Of a DNA stretch of 64,000 nt, positions 61,754-64,000 are shown in pieces. This DNA is from a bacterium. Lineage in GTDB: Bacteria; Patescibacteriota; Patescibacteriia; JACQRZ01. The DNA lies in NCBI GenBank assembly GCA_030688365.1, contig JAUYIE010000004.1, positions 5,931 to 69,930 of the forward strand, given 5' to 3'. The notes under the pieces were generated by a model. That model ran no database searches. It was not told the DNA's origin and worked only from the letters and a program-made list of their open reading frames with translations. Numbering within the stretch: position 1 is the first letter of the stretch; each line of letters begins with the position of its first letter. Both the position numbers and the translations under genes were made by a program.

Positions 61754-61910
61754 GAGCAGGGTATTTGGTTCTTCTTTTAAAAAGCGTTCGGCAACGGTAC
61801 TGGTAATGAGTGTGTTAATCTCCCTCCTCACTTCTATTCGCTCATCTCAATATTTTCATCGTACATTTGACTCGCTCATAAAATTTTTAAAAGAAGAACC
61901 AAATACCTGC
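61754..61910. mobile_element. MITE-like/structured repeat, copy B (inverted relative to copy A)
   Basis: 24-bp perfect inverted arms 61760-61783/61884-61907 around a 100-bp core; overlaps the RT2 3' end. Confidence 0.75.
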
Positions 61911-62899
61911 CATCTTACGTCACTCAAACCCCGTCTTATCTTCGCAGTGTTCCCGTGACTCAATAATCCCATATATGACTGCATTTGAGCAGGATCATTC
62001 TTTCCTGCTTTGATATGACGGAACATCCTCTTTTTTGTCGCTGTCCTCAACACTCGATGATCAGGAAAATGTACCCAACCGAGGAAATCAACACCCGATG
62101 AAAATGTTTTGAGAAAAAGCTTGTTGGGATGAAGCTGAAGATGTAGCCGTGAAGATAGAAACTCCTGAATCATCGGGACGAGTGTCTCTAACCATTCTAT
62201 GTCAGATGACAATACCACAAAATCATCAGCGTAACGTATGTAATACCGAGTGTGGGCGGTATGTTTCATAAACTGATCCAATTCATTCATATACACGTTG
62301 GCAAACACCTGTGATGTAAGATTGCCCAGTGGTAAACCGACACCGCGATGAGTCGTATGGAAACTACCGATGATGCGATACAAAAGATCAACAATCCGAG
62401 AATCGGGTATTGATAATTTCAATATATCAATAAGTACCTCATGCGATATAGACGCAAAAAACTTGCATATATCGCACTTGAGTGCCCATGCGGTACGAGT
62501 ATGATTCCTTGAAACGACATATTCCATAGAACGGAATCGATCAAGCGCTTTATGCGTTCCCTTTCCATCTCTGCATGAATACGAATCATGAATAAACCGC
62601 GTATCAACATACGGATACAATATACGATAAATTGCGCGATGGAGTACTCTGTCACGCACCGACGCCTTATGTATCTCCCGTGGTTTTGGATCATTGATGC
62701 GAAACGCCTGGTATGCACCGTGTCTGTATCTATTGGTCGCAAGGTCATGATGCAGTATAATAAGATTACTCATGAGATTCTGCTCAAATTCAATAACATC
62801 ACTGCGACAGGATTTTCCTATACGAAATTCTCGCCATGCCTCAAGGAGATTCTCAAGAGAAATAATATCTTCATACGTATGAATGAATTTTCCGGACAT
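61856..62899 (-). CDS. DGR reverse transcriptase 2
   Basis: KPREI, RDRVLH, GKGTH, GLPLGNLTSQ, YIRYADDF, FLGW. Confidence 0.95.
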   Translation of the reverse strand: MSGKFIHTYEDIISLENLLEAWREFRIGKSCRSDVIEFEQNLMSNLIILHHDLATNRYRHGAYQAFRINDPKPREIHKASVRDRVLHRAIYRILYPYVDTRFIHDSYSCRDGKGTHKALDRFRSMEYVVSRNHTRTAWALKCDICKFFASISHEVLIDILKLSIPDSRIVDLLYRIIGSFHTTHRGVGLPLGNLTSQVFANVYMNELDQFMKHTAHTRYYIRYADDFVVLSSDIEWLETLVPMIQEFLSSRLHLQLHPNKLFLKTFSSGVDFLGWVHFPDHRVLRTATKKRMFRHIKAGKNDPAQMQSYMGLLSHGNTAKIRRGLSDVRWQVFGSSFKNFMSESNVR

Positions 62900-63295
62900 A
62901 TCACTAATGTTACCCCCCCCCCGAGGCTTTTACCAGTCCTGCAAAAGATAAAGTCAGTATATATCCTCTGGCATGGATATTATCAGGTACTGCCAAAAAC
63001 TCATCGTTACAGTATTGGGCTTCGCATTGATACTTTATTCGTAGAGCTCATTGAAGCCACCTCCATAGCAGGATTCCTCTCTCGTGAAGAAAAACAACCA
63101 CTCGTGCGCATCGCTATCAGAAAAAATGACACCATAAAAATCTTTCTCATGGTGCTCTGGGAAACAGGATCACTAGAAACAAAACGATATGTCACACTTT
63201 CACTACCCCTAGAAGAAATCGGCAGAATGTTGGGCGGATGGAACGGACAACTACAAAAACAAAACTCTCCCGTCATTGCGAGGGGAGAGAAATGA
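62879..63295 (+). CDS. Avd-like four-helix-bundle accessory protein 2
   Basis: MNEFSGHITNVTPPPRLLPVLQK...YILWH...HRYSIG.RID...EIGRMLGGW; the track extension to 62588 is antisense to RT. Confidence 0.85.
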   Translation: MNEFSGHITNVTPPPRLLPVLQKIKSVYILWHGYYQVLPKTHRYSIGLRIDTLFVELIEATSIAGFLSREEKQPLVRIAIRKNDTIKIFLMVLWETGSLETKRYVTLSLPLEEIGRMLGGWNGQLQKQNSPVIARGEK

Positions 63296-63301
63296 AGAGA
63301 G

Positions 63302-63436
63302 TTGCGACGGGCAAACAACAAGCGATTGTCGGGATTGAGCATGTTGTCGGGATGAATGTAGTTCGTGTTGAGCCAGAACTCACCATCGTTGAAATTCACG
63401 TTGAACACGTTGGGATCGCCATCGGAGTCCGTAATG
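63302..63436 (-). repeat. DGR2 template repeat (TR)
   Basis: 135-nt gap-free match to 63800-63934; 14 of 15 mismatches at TR adenines. Confidence 0.95.
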
Positions 63437-63678
63437 TATACCATGCCATCTGTGCCACTGCCTTATGATTACTCACAAAGCTGTATCGAATCTGCGATCA
63501 ATAATCGCCCAGCATAATATACCAAGTATCTTCGTTTTTTGAATAATCTCAATCACCACACTACCCCCAATCGTAATCAAGGATATTCTGGATGAAGGGA
63601 TACTGGCTTCGGCCGCGGGAAACCATAATCTCCCGCACGATTCACCTAGCGCCACAATCAGTATACCCTTAATTTTCC

Positions 63679-63717
63679 AAAAAAATATTCCTCGCCATAA
63701 TTATGGTTTGGAATATT
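63679..63717 (-). terminator. Putative terminator of DGR2 target gene
   Basis: aatattcc-tcg-ccataattatgg-ttt-ggaatatt hairpin running into a T-run on the minus strand. Confidence 0.55.
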
Positions 63718-63737
63718 ATTCAATATTAGGTCTAAGA

Positions 63738-63752
63738 GCTCGCTTCGCGAGC
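63738..63752 (-). other. GC-rich hairpin with GAA triloop downstream of VR2 (candidate DGR target-recognition hairpin)
   Basis: Minus strand GCTCGC-GAA-GCGAGC, about 44 nt past the target stop. Confidence 0.7.
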
Positions 63753-63795
63753 AAGTAACAAAGTGCAGAAGAGTTAATCCTCCAAAAACTAAGAG

Positions 63796-64000
63796 CTACT
63801 TGCGACGGGCAAACAACACGCGAGCGTCGGGATCGAGCATGCGGTCGGGATGAATGTAGTCCGCGTAGAGCCAGAACTCACCACCGTCGAAATGCACGTT
63901 GAACACGTCGGGAGCGCCAGCGGAGTCCGTAATGGTATCCATGGCGAGAATAGCCCAGTTTCTGTCGTCTTTTTCTGCTTTTTTCAAAACGACTTCTATT
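63796..64000 (-). CDS. DGR2 target (variable) protein, 3' part only
   Basis: Open frame from the window edge ending ...PDVFNVHFDGGEFWLYADYIHPDRMLDPDARVLFARRK*. Confidence 0.88.
   Translation of the reverse strand, partial: IEVVLKKAEKDDRNWAILAMDTITDSAGAPDVFNVHFDGGEFWLYADYIHPDRMLDPDARVLFARRK
63800..63934 (-). repeat. DGR2 variable repeat (VR)
   Basis: Matches TR2; A->G 8, A->C 5, A->T 1, plus one T->G. Confidence 0.95.

Larger units (their letters stand above)
61856..64000 (-). mobile_element. Diversity-generating retroelement 2 (target truncated by window end)
   Basis: DGR-type RT, Avd-like gene, TR/VR pair with adenine-specific mismatches. Confidence 0.95.

Noticed and set aside
62588-62878. 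97-aa N-terminal extension of Avd2 in the ORF track
   Set aside because: Entirely antisense to conserved RT2 coding sequence with no counterpart in Avd1
1-64000. Alternative genetic code (TGA=Gly, as in Gracilibacteria)
   Set aside because: Conserved genes translate full-length in code 11 and several end properly at TGA
1-64000. Many short overlapping ORFs in the six-frame track
   Set aside because: Antisense or off-frame shadows of confidently identified genes

Overview
Genome fragment of a probable Patescibacteria (CPR) bacterium, standard code 11. The lineage call is inferred from gene content. Positions 1-51.3 kb are mostly housekeeping genes (gltX, dnaB, recR, rplU, cysS, uppS, tpiA, scpB, ftsA/ftsZ, ybeY, rpsU, hisS, lepB, rel, ahpC, sod), five tRNAs, a type IV pilus/T2SS-like cluster with a two-component system, and large Cys-rich/Ca-binding surface proteins. 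The last 13 kb holds the main signal: two distinct diversity-generating retroelements (DGR1 at 52980-55518; DGR2 at 61856 to beyond 64000). Both have the same layout: target gene/VR, terminator, long leader, TR, avd on the OPPOSITE strand, then RT. Hand alignment of TR and VR shows adenine-specific mutagenesis (20 of 21 and 14 of 15 mismatches at TR adenines). Both avd 5' ends carry a poly-C tract. It is in frame in DGR2 (C10) and one base out of frame in DGR1 (C8), a candidate phase-variable switch for diversification. Two inverted copies of a ~155-bp MITE-like element with co-varying terminal inverted repeats bracket the xth-topA-dprA-pth-der block between the DGRs. Next to DGR1 are a vapBC module flanked by a duplicated 53-bp promoter and a hicAB module with a dead toxin. 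All alignments were done by eye and no databases were searched.
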